A program made the position numbers and the translations under genes. From the NCBI GenBank assembly GCA_965223855.1, contig CBDCXM010000009.1, positions 736,001 through 800,000 of the forward strand: a stretch of DNA of 64,000 nt, written 5' to 3'. Positions 10,275 to 25,434 of the stretch are shown here, in pieces. The notes beneath the pieces are model-generated. The model was not told where the DNA came from. It made no database searches and worked only from the letters and a program-made list of their open reading frames with translations. Position 1 is the first letter of the stretch. Each line of letters begins with the position of its first letter. This DNA is from Candidatus Multivoradales bacterium. Its GTDB lineage: Bacteria > Acidobacteriota > Thermoanaerobaculia > Multivoradales > JAHEKO01.

Positions 10275-11897
10275 TCACCACTCCACGATCGTCATACGGC
10301 TGCCGTCGAGCTGCAGTTGCTCCCACAGCGCGTCGACACACGCCTCGCCGTAGCGCCCCGGCAGGTCGGCGGTCGAGAGCGCCCGCTCCTGGAGCCCGTC
10401 GGGGCGCACCCAGCGCGCGAGCGCCTCCAGGCGGTTGCGCCGCACCTCGTCGGCTCGCCCGAGGGCACCGGTGAGGCGGCCGCCGAACGCCTCGACGCCG
10501 CGGCGCGCCTGCTGGAGCGTCTTCTCGATGGCGCTCTTCATCTCCGCCGCGACCGGCTCCGCCGCCGTGGTCAGCGTCTCTTCGAGCCGGTCGAGCGCCG
10601 CCCGGGCAGGCTCGAGCCGCGCCACGCTGTCCTCGCCGGCGAGCAGCGCGTCGGGGTCGAAGTCGGCGGCGACCAGCGCTTCGATGTCGAGCCCGGTCTG
10701 TTCGAGCTTCTTCGCCTGAGCGGCAGGCAGCATCAGCGCCTGAGGCCGCAGCGCCGTGGCCGGTGCCGGCACGTCGAGGACCTCGTAGAGCGGCGCAAGC
10801 TGCGGCAGATAGGACATCTCGCCGGGACCCATCACCTGGAGCGTCGAACCGAGGATCGCGTCCTGGATGACCGGACGCACCAGAACTCCGGGCATCACCA
10901 CGGCGGGGTTCTCGGCGATCGCCTCCTCCAGCTCCGCGACCGGCCGGCAGAGCTCGTCGTCGCCTCGCAGGCTCCACTCGTCTGCGCTCTGCCAGCCGAT
11001 GCGGCGCCGCTCCCGGCCCTCGAGGAAAAACAGCGGGCTCATCCCCGGTTGCGGCGTCACCTGGAGCGGCAGCCCTCGCGCCTCGACCTTCGCCGAGGCG
11101 GCAGCGAGCGCGTCCTCGATCTCGGCCCGAAGCTCGACGGTACGGGCCAACCATCGCCGCTCGGCCGTCTTGACCGCCGGCAGCATCGCGTCGAGGATCA
11201 GCGGGCAGCGCTCGCCCAGCAGATGGGCGAGGAGTCTGGCGAACGCCTCGCCGAAGCGCGCCGTCGGGCGGTACCAGGTGGCGAGCGTGTCGCACCATCC
11301 GGCGAAGCGTTCGCCGGGCATCGACTCCCGGAGTTCCCCGAACGCCGTTTCGACGGCAGGCCCGAGGCTCCGCACGCCGAGCGGCATCAGGGGGTCGGGG
11401 TCGTCGCCGAGGCCGACCCGGCCGAAACGGTCGGGGAACTGAAAGCCCGCCCACGAGCTCTCGCGGAAGTCGTGATCCTCGGTCGCCATCCAGAACACCG
11501 CCACCGCAGGAGTGCCGGCCGCTTCGAGCGCCGCCGCCCAGCGGCCGGCAGCGACCGCCTTCGACAACGTGTAGAGGGGGCCGCCGAAGAGCCCCGGCTG
11601 CTGGCCGGTGACGACGACCGCGGTCCCGGGTTCGGCCAGCTTCGCGCCCAACTCCTCGGCACCCGGGTGACCGTAGGAGGCGTTGGCGGCCGCCAGACCG
11701 GCGGCGAGATCACGACGTTCCGGGGCCTCTCCGGCAGCGCGCGGCAGCTCCCCCGGCCGCAGCCAGGTGAGCGGTGCCAGCAGGTCGAGCTCCCGTCCTT
11801 CGACGAACGCGCCGGGCAGCGGCGGCAGCAGACCGGCGGCCGCCAGGTCGACGCTACGCCCGGCGGGCGACGAAGATGTGGCGTTCGCTGGTGCCAT
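10275..11897 (-). CDS. bshC: Bacillithiol biosynthesis cysteine-adding enzyme
   Basis: VVTGQQPGLFGGPLYT, FWMATEDHDF, RPVIQD, GPGEMSY, LQER. Confidence 0.93.
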   Translation of the reverse strand: MAPANATSSSPAGRSVDLAAAGLLPPLPGAFVEGRELDLLAPLTWLRPGELPRAAGEAPERRDLAAGLAAANASYGHPGAEELGAKLAEPGTAVVVTGQQPGLFGGPLYTLSKAVAAGRWAAALEAAGTPAVAVFWMATEDHDFRESSWAGFQFPDRFGRVGLGDDPDPLMPLGVRSLGPAVETAFGELRESMPGERFAGWCDTLATWYRPTARFGEAFARLLAHLLGERCPLILDAMLPAVKTAERRWLARTVELRAEIEDALAAASAKVEARGLPLQVTPQPGMSPLFFLEGRERRRIGWQSADEWSLRGDDELCRPVAELEEAIAENPAVVMPGVLVRPVIQDAILGSTLQVMGPGEMSYLPQLAPLYEVLDVPAPATALRPQALMLPAAQAKKLEQTGLDIEALVAADFDPDALLAGEDSVARLEPARAALDRLEETLTTAAEPVAAEMKSAIEKTLQQARRGVEAFGGRLTGALGRADEVRRNRLEALARWVRPDGLQERALSTADLPGRYGEACVDALWEQLQLDGSRMTIVEW

Positions 11898-12570
11898 CCC
11901 CTTCCCTCCCTTCGAAATCTCCGTAGACCGCCTCGACTTCGAGCCCGGCGGCCTCGAGTCCCGCTTCCACCTCGGTACGGTCGTAGGCACGCACGCTCTC
12001 GAGGTAGGTTCGTGTCGGTTCGCCTCGGCGCTCGAGGCAGATGCGCTTGTTGATGCGGCGGGTCGCGGTGTCGTACCAGCGACGGATCTCCACCGTCTGC
12101 CCCGGCGACTCCTGCCGATCACGCGGCGCGAGGGTCGCGATCACCCGCTCGCTGTTGAAGAGGTCGATCAGGAGCCGCCCCCCCGGGGCGAGCACCCGCG
12201 CCACCTCGTGGAGCACCCGCTCGTTCTCCCGCTCGCTCTCGAAATAGCCGAACGAGGTGAAGAAGTTGAGCACCCAGTCAAAGGTGCCGGCGGCGAACGG
12301 CAGGTCGCGCATGTCCGCTCCGACCCGCGGCAGGTCGGCCCCCTGCGCGAGCAGCGTCAGCGACAGGTCGGTGCCGAGCGCCCGGTAGCCGCGCGAGCGC
12401 AGTTCGCGGGTATGCCGGCCGGCGCCGCACGCGAGATCGAGCACCGCGCGCGGCCGGTTTCCCTCCAGAGCCTGCTCGACGAAGTCGATGTGGCCGCTGG
12501 CTTCGCCGGCGTCGCGGTGCGAATAGAGCTCGAGGTAGTCCTCGCCGAACCACTCCTTGTACCACGCCAC
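11854..12570 (-). CDS. Class I SAM methyltransferase, candidate N-methyl-bacillithiol synthase (NmbA-like)
   Basis: WF..YLELYSHRD, VLDLACGAGRH, FTSFGYF, ESVRAY; first gene of the bsh operon. Confidence 0.8.
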   Translation of the reverse strand: MAWYKEWFGEDYLELYSHRDAGEASGHIDFVEQALEGNRPRAVLDLACGAGRHTRELRSRGYRALGTDLSLTLLAQGADLPRVGADMRDLPFAAGTFDWVLNFFTSFGYFESERENERVLHEVARVLAPGGRLLIDLFNSERVIATLAPRDRQESPGQTVEIRRWYDTATRRINKRICLERRGEPTRTYLESVRAYDRTEVEAGLEAAGLEVEAVYGDFEGREGDGTSERHIFVARRA

Positions 12571-12659
12571 CGCGCGATGATACCCACCCTCGGGCTTCCG
12601 CCGGTCGGCATCGGACCGAACCGCTGTGCGACGAGGAACGGGGCGGCTAGAATCGGCTC

Positions 12660-13562
12660 ATGCGAACGTCACTGGCGTCATTCCTTCTCGTCGTCGCACT
12701 GTCGATCTGCAGCGCGGCGACGGCGCAGGACGGCGAGGGGGGCGCGCTCTTCGCCGACGGTTTCGAGAGCGGCAACACCCTCGCCTGGGACAACAGGGTG
12801 CCACCGCTACCCGCGCCGGACGCCTTTCGGATCGTTTCGCTCGAGCTGCGGGATCCGCACGTGTTCGTCGACCTGCCGGTGTTCGGCTGCGTCGACTTCA
12901 CCGACGACCCGCTGCCGGCGGGCCTCGGCCCGTCGTTCAACGACTCTCTGGCGACGGCGATCGACGGCGACGACGACGGCGACGGCTTCCTCGACCTCAG
13001 TCTGATCCTCGCCTTCCGTCCGTTCGACGCGACGGCGAGCGACGAGCGACTCGACGCCGGCTGCGGGCTGTGTACCGACCCCGCCGCGACGACCGTGTGT
13101 GACTGGGACCTCGAGGTCGCGATTCCCCGTACCTCGCCTTACGACGGTCTCGCCGCCGGGACCTGTCTCGAGCCGCTGGCGGGTACCACTTCGGGGTACT
13201 CACCACCGGTGCCGACCACCGTCGCTCCATGCGTCGTCAGCGAGATCTCGCCGGCGCCGCTGCTCGTGCTGGTGATCGACGGTGTGCCGATCGTGCTCGA
13301 GGAGAGCCAGCTCTCCGGCAGCCTCGTCGGCGCGCCGGTCTTCCGCCTCGAGGACGGCCTGGTGCGCGGCTTTCTCAGCGAGGCGGTCGCCGACACGATC
13401 CAGCTCCCCGGCCCTGCCGGGCCGATCACGCTCTCGTCGCTGCTGCCTGGAGGCACCGACAGCTGTGCTCCCGGAAACGACCGGGACCTGCTCGACGGCG
13501 TCTCCGGCTGGTGGTTCTACCTCGAGCAGGACGCCGAGGCGGTCCCCTTCATCGGCGACTGA
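12660..13562 (+). CDS. Secreted Cys-rich protein with an N-terminal FADGFESG motif
   Basis: Signal peptide; LFADGFESGNT; DGDDDGDGFLD Ca-binding-like loop. Confidence 0.8.
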   Translation: MRTSLASFLLVVALSICSAATAQDGEGGALFADGFESGNTLAWDNRVPPLPAPDAFRIVSLELRDPHVFVDLPVFGCVDFTDDPLPAGLGPSFNDSLATAIDGDDDGDGFLDLSLILAFRPFDATASDERLDAGCGLCTDPAATTVCDWDLEVAIPRTSPYDGLAAGTCLEPLAGTTSGYSPPVPTTVAPCVVSEISPAPLLVLVIDGVPIVLEESQLSGSLVGAPVFRLEDGLVRGFLSEAVADTIQLPGPAGPITLSSLLPGGTDSCAPGNDRDLLDGVSGWWFYLEQDAEAVPFIGD

Positions 13563-13585
13563 GTGGGTCGGGGTTGGATTCCGTC

Positions 13586-13993
13586 TTGACTCCGGCCGCG
13601 CTGAGCCCGACGGAACAAGGGGCGGTCGTCTTCGCCCTGGTGCACCTCGTCGTCATGGGGGTGTCTCACGTCCTCGCGCCGCGCGCCTGGATCGACTTCT
13701 TCGTCCGTCTGCGGGAGCGAGGCGAGAGCGGCGTCTTCAACGTCGGCCTCCTCAGCCTGGGGTTCGGCTCGGTGATCGTCGCCTTTCACAACGTCTGGTC
13801 GGGTTGGAGTCTCGTCCTGACGCTGCTGGGCTGGGCGCAGGTGACGAAGGCGGGGCTCTACTTCGCTTTCCCGCGCTTCGGCCTGCGGCAGCTCGCGCGG
13901 GTCTCCCCCGAGCGCCCGCGCGACTTCGTCGTCGCCGGTTGCGGGCTGATCGTCATCGCTTGCCTCGTCGCCCTCCCTCTGCTCGGCCTCTGA
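13586..13993 (+). CDS. Four-TM hypothetical membrane protein
   Basis: Hydrophobic ORF with FHNVW motif; TTG start inferred. Confidence 0.75.
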   Translation: MTPAALSPTEQGAVVFALVHLVVMGVSHVLAPRAWIDFFVRLRERGESGVFNVGLLSLGFGSVIVAFHNVWSGWSLVLTLLGWAQVTKAGLYFAFPRFGLRQLARVSPERPRDFVVAGCGLIVIACLVALPLLGL

Positions 13994-14006
13994 CCCGCCG
14001 GCAGCC

Positions 14007-14542
14007 TCAGGCGCGGCCGCCGAGGATCCGCATGTAGGCGCTCCACGGACCGACCTCGTCGCGCCACTGGTGGGCGATCACACGGTTGATCTGCGACAGG
14101 TGCGACAGGTCGTGGACCATCCAGGCGGCGATGAGCTGCCTTGCGGTAACGGGTCCGAGCTCCGGGTGGCGGGCGGTGCGGTCGAGTGCCGCCTCGTCGA
14201 GCGCCAGGTCACCGAGCCTCGCCAGGTTGGCGGTGCGCAGCTCCTCGAACTCGTCGAGCAGGTCGGCGAGCGACTTGCCGCGGCTCTCCTCGCGCTGGGC
14301 GAAGCGATCGTACGGCTCGAAGGTGACGTCCGGGCCGTGCTCGAGCAGCAGCTCGAGGCGCGGAATCCAGTCGGCCCGCTCGCCGTGCACCAGATGACCG
14401 ACGACCTCGAACGGAGAGAAGGTGTCGACGCCCTCGTCGGCGCCTTCCCAGTCCGGCGGCAGCCCGGCGAGCCGCGTCCTCAGCAGCTCCGGCGTGTGCG
14501 CGAGCAGAGCGCGGGCGCGCTCGAGGTCGAACGGCCGCGCCG

Positions 14543-14546
<4 letters not shown>
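14007..14546 (-). CDS. DinB/YfiT-family protein (possible thiol S-transferase)
   Basis: FSPFEVVGHL, DWIPR, HPELG, HDLSH. Confidence 0.88.
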
Positions 14547-16353
<1,807 letters not shown>

Positions 16354-16354
<1 letters not shown>

Positions 16355-17673
16355 CAGAGCAGCAGCCGCCGCAGGTCGGCGAGGACCTCACCGAGATAGC
16401 TCGTGAAGCGCACCCCCAGCGCGCCGTCGATCACCCGGTGGTCGTAGGAGAGCGACAGCGGCAGCATCAGGCGCGGCTCGAACTCGCTGCCGTTCCACAC
16501 CGGCTGCAGGACGTGGCGCGCGACGCCGAGGATCGCCACCTCCGGGGTGTTGACGATCGGCGTGAAGTGGCTGCCGCCGATGCCGCCGAGGCTCGAGATC
16601 GTGAAGCTGGCGCCGCGCAGCTGGTCGGGCTTGAGCTTGCCCTCGCGGGTCGCCACGCTCACCTCGCCGAGCTCGCGCGCCAGGTCGAAGAGCCCCTTGG
16701 TGTCGACGTCGCGGATCACCGGCACCATCAGCCCGTCGTCGGTATCGACGGCGATGCCGAGGTGGTAGTACCCCTTGAGCACCAGGTTCTCGCCGTCCGG
16801 GTCGAGCGACGAGTTGACCGTCGGGAACTTCCGCAGTGCCGCCACTGCCGCCTTCATCAGGAAGGCGAGCGGGGTGAGGCTGAACCCCTGCTGCTTCGCC
16901 TCGTCCTTGTGCGCCTGGCGGAACGCCTCGAGCTCGGTGATGTCGGCCCAGTCGTGCTGGGTGACGTGCGGCGCGTGGAGCCAGCTGCGCTGCAGGTTGG
17001 GGCCGGAGATCTTCTGGATCCGGGTGAGTTTGCGGCGCTCGATCGGACCGAACTTCGAGAAATCGATCACCGGCATCGGCGGCAGTGCGCCGCCGCCGCT
17101 CTCGCCGCCGCCTTCCGACAGCACCCTCTTGACGTAGCCCTGCACGTCCTCGCGCAGGATCCGCTCCTTGCGCCCGGTCCCCTTGACCCGCGTCAGATCG
17201 ACGCCGAGTTCACGGGCGTAGCGCCGCACGGCGGGGGATGCGTAGACGTTCGAGAAGTCCTCGTCGATGTGGGCGGGGCCGCCCGTTGCCGGAGCCGCCG
17301 GTGCGGGCCCGGCCTCCGGTTCCGCCTTTGCGGCCGGCTCCGGAGAAGGCGGCTCCGGAGAAGGCGGCTTTTCCTCCACGGCCGTCTCGGGCACGGACGG
17401 CTCCTCAGCCGCCTCCTTCTCTTCCTCGGCGGGCGCCGACGCTTCGAGCGTGAGGATGAGGTCACCCTCGCCGACGCTGTCCCCTGCCTTGACCTTGACG
17501 TCGTTCACCTTGCCGGCGGCGGGCGAAGGCACGTCCATCGACGCCTTCTCACTCTCGAGGGTAACGAGCGAGTCCTCGACCGCCACCGCGTCGCCGGGGT
17601 TGACGAGCACTTCGACGACGTCGGCGGCTTCGTCGCCGATGTCGGGAATCCGGACTTCGATCAGATCGGCCAT
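16354..17673 (-). CDS. aceF: Dihydrolipoyllysine acetyltransferase (PDH E2)
   Basis: ESEKASMD lipoyl domain, ASPAVRR binding domain, DHRVIDG. Confidence 0.95.
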
Positions 17674-17675
17674 CG

Positions 17676-20390
<2,715 letters not shown>

Positions 20391-20557
20391 GCGCGCTCCG
20401 TGCTGCCTGCCGCCCGCGGTCGCTGCTCGACGCAGTCGCTCCACCGCGGTGCCGGGGGTGAGCGGCGTATTGTACGCGCTCGTCGTGCACGCCGCCGGTC
20501 GACCGCGGACGCCTGCAACCCCGGTGGTAGGCTGACAGCGGCTTCCGGAGAGAGACG

Positions 20558-21262
20558 ATCGACGCTGAACGACTGCTGGGTTCGCTGGTCCGCAACGCCC
20601 TCGGGAGACGTGGCAGAAGGCGCGGACGAGGCCGCCGACGGGGCGGCCTCAGCGGGCGCCTCGGGTCCTTGGGCCTCGGCCGCGGAGCCCTCGGCATGGG
20701 AGCTCTCGGCGTCGCCATCGCCGCCTTCGAGCACCTGACCGGTCAGGAAAAGGCGGCCGCACGCCCTTCCGCTGCACCTGCGGCCGCACCTCCCGCCGGC
20801 GGGAACCCGGCCTCGCCGCCCCTGCCACCGTTGCCGGGAGCGCCACCAGCCGGTTCGCCCCCCCTGCCACCGTTGCCCTCGGAGAGCGCAGCGGCCGAGA
20901 CCCGGCCGGCCGAAGCGCTGCTGCTGGTGCGGGCGATGATCGCCGCCGCCTACGCCGACCACCAGCTCGACGAAGCCGAGCGCGGCCGCATCGCGGCGGC
21001 GATCAACGACGCTTCCGAGACCCCCGAGGAGCGCGAGACGCTGCTGGCGGAGCTCGAGCGGCCGCTCGATCTCGACGCCCTTGCCGCCGCGGTCACCGGC
21101 CCCGAGATCGCCGAGCAGGTCTATCTGGCGTCGAAGATGGCGATCGACGTCGATTCCCCCTCCGAGGAGCACTACCTGCGCCGACTGGCGACGAAGCTCG
21201 GGCTCGACGAGTCACGACTCCAGGAGTTGGACCGGGCCCTCGAAGCCGACGAGGAGCCGTGA
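20558..21262 (+). CDS. DUF533 / TerB-like protein (start uncertain; first canonical start at 20669)
   Basis: RAMIAAAYAD, QVYLAS, YLRRLA; frame open upstream to IDAERLLGSL behind GGAGAG. Confidence 0.8.
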   Translation: MDAERLLGSLVRNALGRRGRRRGRGRRRGGLSGRLGSLGLGRGALGMGALGVAIAAFEHLTGQEKAAARPSAAPAAAPPAGGNPASPPLPPLPGAPPAGSPPLPPLPSESAAAETRPAEALLLVRAMIAAAYADHQLDEAERGRIAAAINDASETPEERETLLAELERPLDLDALAAAVTGPEIAEQVYLASKMAIDVDSPSEEHYLRRLATKLGLDESRLQELDRALEADEEP

Positions 21263-22503
21263 CCTCGCGCCGACGGTCGGCTGCGGTGTTGGCATTCGCG
21301 GCTGTCGCACTCGTTGCCGCCGAGCTCGGCGGGCCGCCGCCCGAGGTCGTGCCACAGGGGCCTGAGTTCCCGCTCGTCGGCGGCGACACCAGCTTCAACC
21401 CGCGGGTTGCGGTGGATGAACAGGGGACATTTCTCGCTCTCTTCCACAACGTCTTCTCGGGGTTCGCCGACCTGCGAGGCGGGATCGGCGACCTCCTCAT
21501 GCCACCCTTCGCGATCGGTGGTGGAACTCGCGGCGTCGATCTCGACAGCTCCGGGCTCACTGAGTTCGTCGTCAGCTGGACCCAGACCACCTATCCGCTC
21601 GTCGGACCGCCGGAGTACGACGTGCAGCTGGCGCGCTATCTGGTGGACGGCACCAAGATCGTGGCTCCCACCGTCGTCAGCGACGTGCCGGCCTCCCACA
21701 TCACCGCCCTGACCGCCGTCGGGGCGCGCGACGACGACTTCCTCGTCGTCTGGGAGGCCGACCAGCTTCGCCTGAGGTCGATCCCGCGCTCGGGACCACC
21801 CGCAGCATCGGTTCCACTCAACAGCTGGACCACCGGCAGTTCGGGGTTTCCGCGCATCGCCGTCGCCGACGACGGCTCGGCGTTGGTCGCCTGGCGTACG
21901 ACCGACTGCGCGCCACTGGATGATTCCGGTGGCTGCATCCGCGGACGGAAGATCGATCCCGGCGGCGTCCCGACCGGCCCGGATTTTCAGATCAACACCA
22001 TCACCGCCGGCGTCCAGGGCGCCCCTGTGGTCGCCGCACGCGGATCGACGTTCGTCGTCGCCTGGAACAACACCGAGTGTCCCGGCGAGTGCATCCGCGC
22101 GCGGATGATCGACCCTGCTCCCCTCGGCGGCGGCGACGACTTCCGCGTCGATGAACCTGGAGCGGCCGCGGTCGGCGAACCCGGCATCGCAGCCAACGAG
22201 CACGGTTTCATCGTCAGCTGGCGGCGCTTCGGCGGCAGCGCGGCGCAAGACGGAATCAGCCGTGCCTTCGCACGCGCCTTCAACGCGAGCGGCGTTGCGT
22301 TCGGGGGCGAGTTCGAGGTCAACACTGCGGCGACCAGCGAGTCCTACCAGACCGATGCAGGCATCAACGCCGATGGCACGTTCGTCGTCGTCTGGAGCAA
22401 CGCCTACGACTTGTGGGGGCGGCGGTTCGTCTTCGATCCGTCAATCTTCGAAGACGGCTTCGAAAGCGGCGACACGGGCGCCTGGAGCGTCACCGTCGAC
22501 TGA
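21259..22503 (+). CDS. Secreted repeat protein with C-terminal IFEDGFESGD motif
   Basis: Signal peptide; repeats FQINT/FEVNT...FVVAW; terminal IFEDGFESGDTGAWS. Confidence 0.82.
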   Translation: MTSRRRSAAVLAFAAVALVAAELGGPPPEVVPQGPEFPLVGGDTSFNPRVAVDEQGTFLALFHNVFSGFADLRGGIGDLLMPPFAIGGGTRGVDLDSSGLTEFVVSWTQTTYPLVGPPEYDVQLARYLVDGTKIVAPTVVSDVPASHITALTAVGARDDDFLVVWEADQLRLRSIPRSGPPAASVPLNSWTTGSSGFPRIAVADDGSALVAWRTTDCAPLDDSGGCIRGRKIDPGGVPTGPDFQINTITAGVQGAPVVAARGSTFVVAWNNTECPGECIRARMIDPAPLGGGDDFRVDEPGAAAVGEPGIAANEHGFIVSWRRFGGSAAQDGISRAFARAFNASGVAFGGEFEVNTAATSESYQTDAGINADGTFVVVWSNAYDLWGRRFVFDPSIFEDGFESGDTGAWSVTVD

Positions 22504-22551
22504 CACCGGCAGTCGATTCGACCGACGCTGACAGTGCGCTACAGTCCCCGG

Positions 22552-24785
22552 ATGCCTCGACAAGCTGCGTTGATCCTGACGGCGGTGCTCCTCACGACCG
22601 CCGCCTTCGCCCAGGCCCCTTCGACCGATCTCTTCCTGCTGCCGATCGACGGCTCCTCCGTCGGCGAGCCGACGCGGCTGACGGATCGCGACGGCTACGA
22701 CAACCAGCCACAGTTCCTCGCCGACGGCAGCGCGATCGTCTACAGCTCGATCGAGGCGGACGGATCGACCGACATCGTCCTCCACGACCTCGCCTCGGGC
22801 GCGGCGCGGAAGTTCACCGACACCGCCGAAAGCGAGTACTCACCGACCCCGATGCCGGACGGCGAGGCGATCTCGGTGGTGCGCGACTACGGCGACCTGG
22901 TGCAGCAGCTGTGGCGCTTCCCGCTCGACGGCGGCGAGCCGGAGCTGCTGCTCGGCGAGGTCGGGCCGATCGGCTACCACGCGTGGATCGACGACGACGA
23001 GCTGATCCTCTTCATCCTCGGCGAGACGATGACCCTGCAGCGGGCGGCCGTCGGCGCCGCCGAGGGGACGGTGCTCGGCGAGTCGCCCGGCCGCGCGCTC
23101 GCCCGCATCCCCGACAGCACCGAGATGAGTTACGTCGACAAGAGCTCCGAGCGGTGGCGGCTGACCGCGATCGATGCCGCGAGCGGCGAGCGGCGGGCGC
23201 TGGTCGAGACCCGGCCGGGGCGCGAAGACTACGCCTGGGCGCCCGACGGCAGCGCCTGGATGGGGGACGGCAGCCGCCTCTACCGCTGGCAGCCGGGAGG
23301 CGAAGCGTTCACCGAGGTCGCCGATCTCGAAGCCCACGGCATCTACGGCATCACCCGACTCGCGTTCTCTCCGGGAGGCGACCGTCTCGTCGTCGTCGGC
23401 AACCGAGCGCCGGCCGATCTCGAGGCGGCCTACCGGCGCGATGCCGGCCGCATCCTCGGCGCCGCTCTCACCGATGCCGAAGGGTGGGAGAAGATCACTC
23501 ACCTCGCCACCGTCATCGGCCCGCGGCTCTCCGGCTCGGACGCCCTCGAAGAGGCGATCGACTGGGCCGCCGGCCGGATGGAGGCCGAAGGGCTCACCGT
23601 GCGCAAGCAGCCGGTGATGGTGCCGCACTGGGTGCGCGGCTCGGAGCGGGCCGCGGTCGTCTCGCCGATCGAGCGCGAGCTCGAGATCCTCGGTCTCGGC
23701 AACAGTGTCGGCACCCCGGAGGGGGCATCACCGCGCCGGTGGTCGTCGTCGAGAGCTTCGAGGAGCTCGAGGCGCTCGGGCGTGAAGGGGTCGAAGGCAA
23801 GATCGTCGTCTACGCCGTCCAGTGGGAAGGGTACGGGCGCACCGTGCAGTTCAGGAGCCGCGGGCCGTCGCGGGCGGCGGCGCTCGGCGCGGTCGCGGCG
23901 ATGACGCGTTCGGCGACCGGCCACAGCCTCTACACCCCACACACCGGGGCGCTGCGCTACGACGAGGAGCAGCCGCAGATCCCGGCGGCGGCGCTCACCG
24001 TCGAGGACTCCGAGTGGCTGCGCCGGATGGCCGAGCTCGGCCACGAGGTCACCGTGCACCTCGAGATGGGGGCCGAGATGCTCCCCGACCGCCGGTCCTA
24101 CAACCTGATCGCCGAGATCGAGGGGAGCGAGCGGCCCGAAGAAGTCGTCGTGATGGGGGGCCACTACGACTCGTGGGACGTCGGTCAGGGGGTGCACGAC
24201 GACGGTGCCGCCTGTATCGCCGCGTGGCAGGCGCTCAGACTGATCCACCAGCTCGGCCTCCAGCCGCGACGCACCCTGCGGGTCGTCCTGTGGACCAACG
24301 AGGAGAACGGCCTGCGAGGCGGGCGCGACTACCACGACCTGCTCAGCGCCGACGAGCTCGCCAATCACGTCGCCGCGATCGAGATGGACGGCGGCGCCGA
24401 GCGCCCGCTCGGCTTCGGTTTCGGCCTGCTGGGGACCGACCCCAACGCCGCGGAGCCGGACCCGGTCTACGAGCGCGCCTACGGCATGCTCTCGCAGGTC
24501 GCCCGGCTCACCAGCGCGATCGACGCCGACGAAACCTTCCGCGGCGGCGGCGGCGCCGACATCGGGCCGCTGATGCGCTCGGGCGTGCCCGGCCTCGGTC
24601 TGCGCACCGTCGGCGAGCACTACTTCGACTGGCATCACACCCACGCCGACACCCTCGACAAGCTCGATCTTCAGGAGTTCCGCAAGGCGATCGCGCTCCT
24701 GGGAATCACCGGCTACGTGCTGGCCGACATGCCTGAGAGGCTGGTGGAGGAGCGCGCCCATGTTCGCGAGCCCGAGGCTCCGTAG
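22552..24785 (+). CDS. TolB-like beta-propeller fused to an M28 peptidase (carboxypeptidase Q-like); frameshift at about 23721-23725
   Basis: GYDNQPQF and SEYSPTP propeller; IGPRLSGS, GHYDSWDVGQG.HDDG, EENGLRG, HHT.ADT; one extra G in GGGGG joins the two ORFs. Confidence 0.85.
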
Positions 24786-24809
24786 CGCTCCGGCCACGAG
24801 GTTCCTGTC

Positions 24810-25385
24810 GTGACGAGTTGGATCGACTCGGTCGACCCCGCCGACGCCGACGGCGAGCTCGCGCGGCTCTATGCCGAGGTGGTCGACCCGGTCAGCGGCG
24901 AGGTCGACAACGTGCTGCGGGTTCATTCCCTCCACCCGGAGGGGATGGCCGCCCACTGGCGGCTCTACCGTGCCGTCATGCGGCCGACCCGCACGCTGCG
25001 CAAGGCGGAGCGCGAGATGATCGCGCTGGTGGTGAGCACGCTCAACGGCTGCCACTACTGAATGCACCACCACCGTCGCGGTCTGCGGCGGCTGCTGGGT
25101 GACGACACGACGGGCGCGACGCTCGTCGCCGACTATCGCGAGGCGACGCTCGAGCCTCGCACTCGGGCGATGCTCGACTACGTCGCCCGTCTCACCCGCG
25201 AGCCCGCGAACCTCACCCGGCGCGATCTCGAGGCGCTTCGCCGGCACGGCTGGAGCGATCGCGACCTGCTCGAGATCGTCGAGGTCGCCGCCTACTACGC
25301 CTACGCCAACCGGATCGCCGACGGGCTCGGTGTCGAGTTGGAGGAGCACGCGACGGGCGAAGAGACGGAGCCGGGACGCGAGTAG
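24810..25385 (+). CDS. AhpD/peroxidase-related (CMD family) selenoprotein with a CxxU motif
   Basis: Two in-frame ORFs joined by TGA 25059-25061 in C-H-Y-U; VHSL, REMIA, VS..N.C, AYYAYANRIADGLGV; SECIS downstream. Confidence 0.88.
25073..25091 (+). promoter_or_regulatory. Bacterial SECIS element
   Basis: CCGTCGC-GGTCT-GCGGCGG, a 7-bp stem starting 11 nt after UGA; GGUCU loop as in the E. coli fdhF SECIS. Confidence 0.82.
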
Positions 25386-25434
25386 AATCGAAGCCGGAAC
25401 CTCGCCCGCTCCCAGGCGCAGGACCCGCCCGCAC

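Noticed and set aside
23721-23725. Frameshift in the M28 peptidase as a pseudogene
   Set aside because: G5 homopolymer with both halves intact; likely a sequencing error
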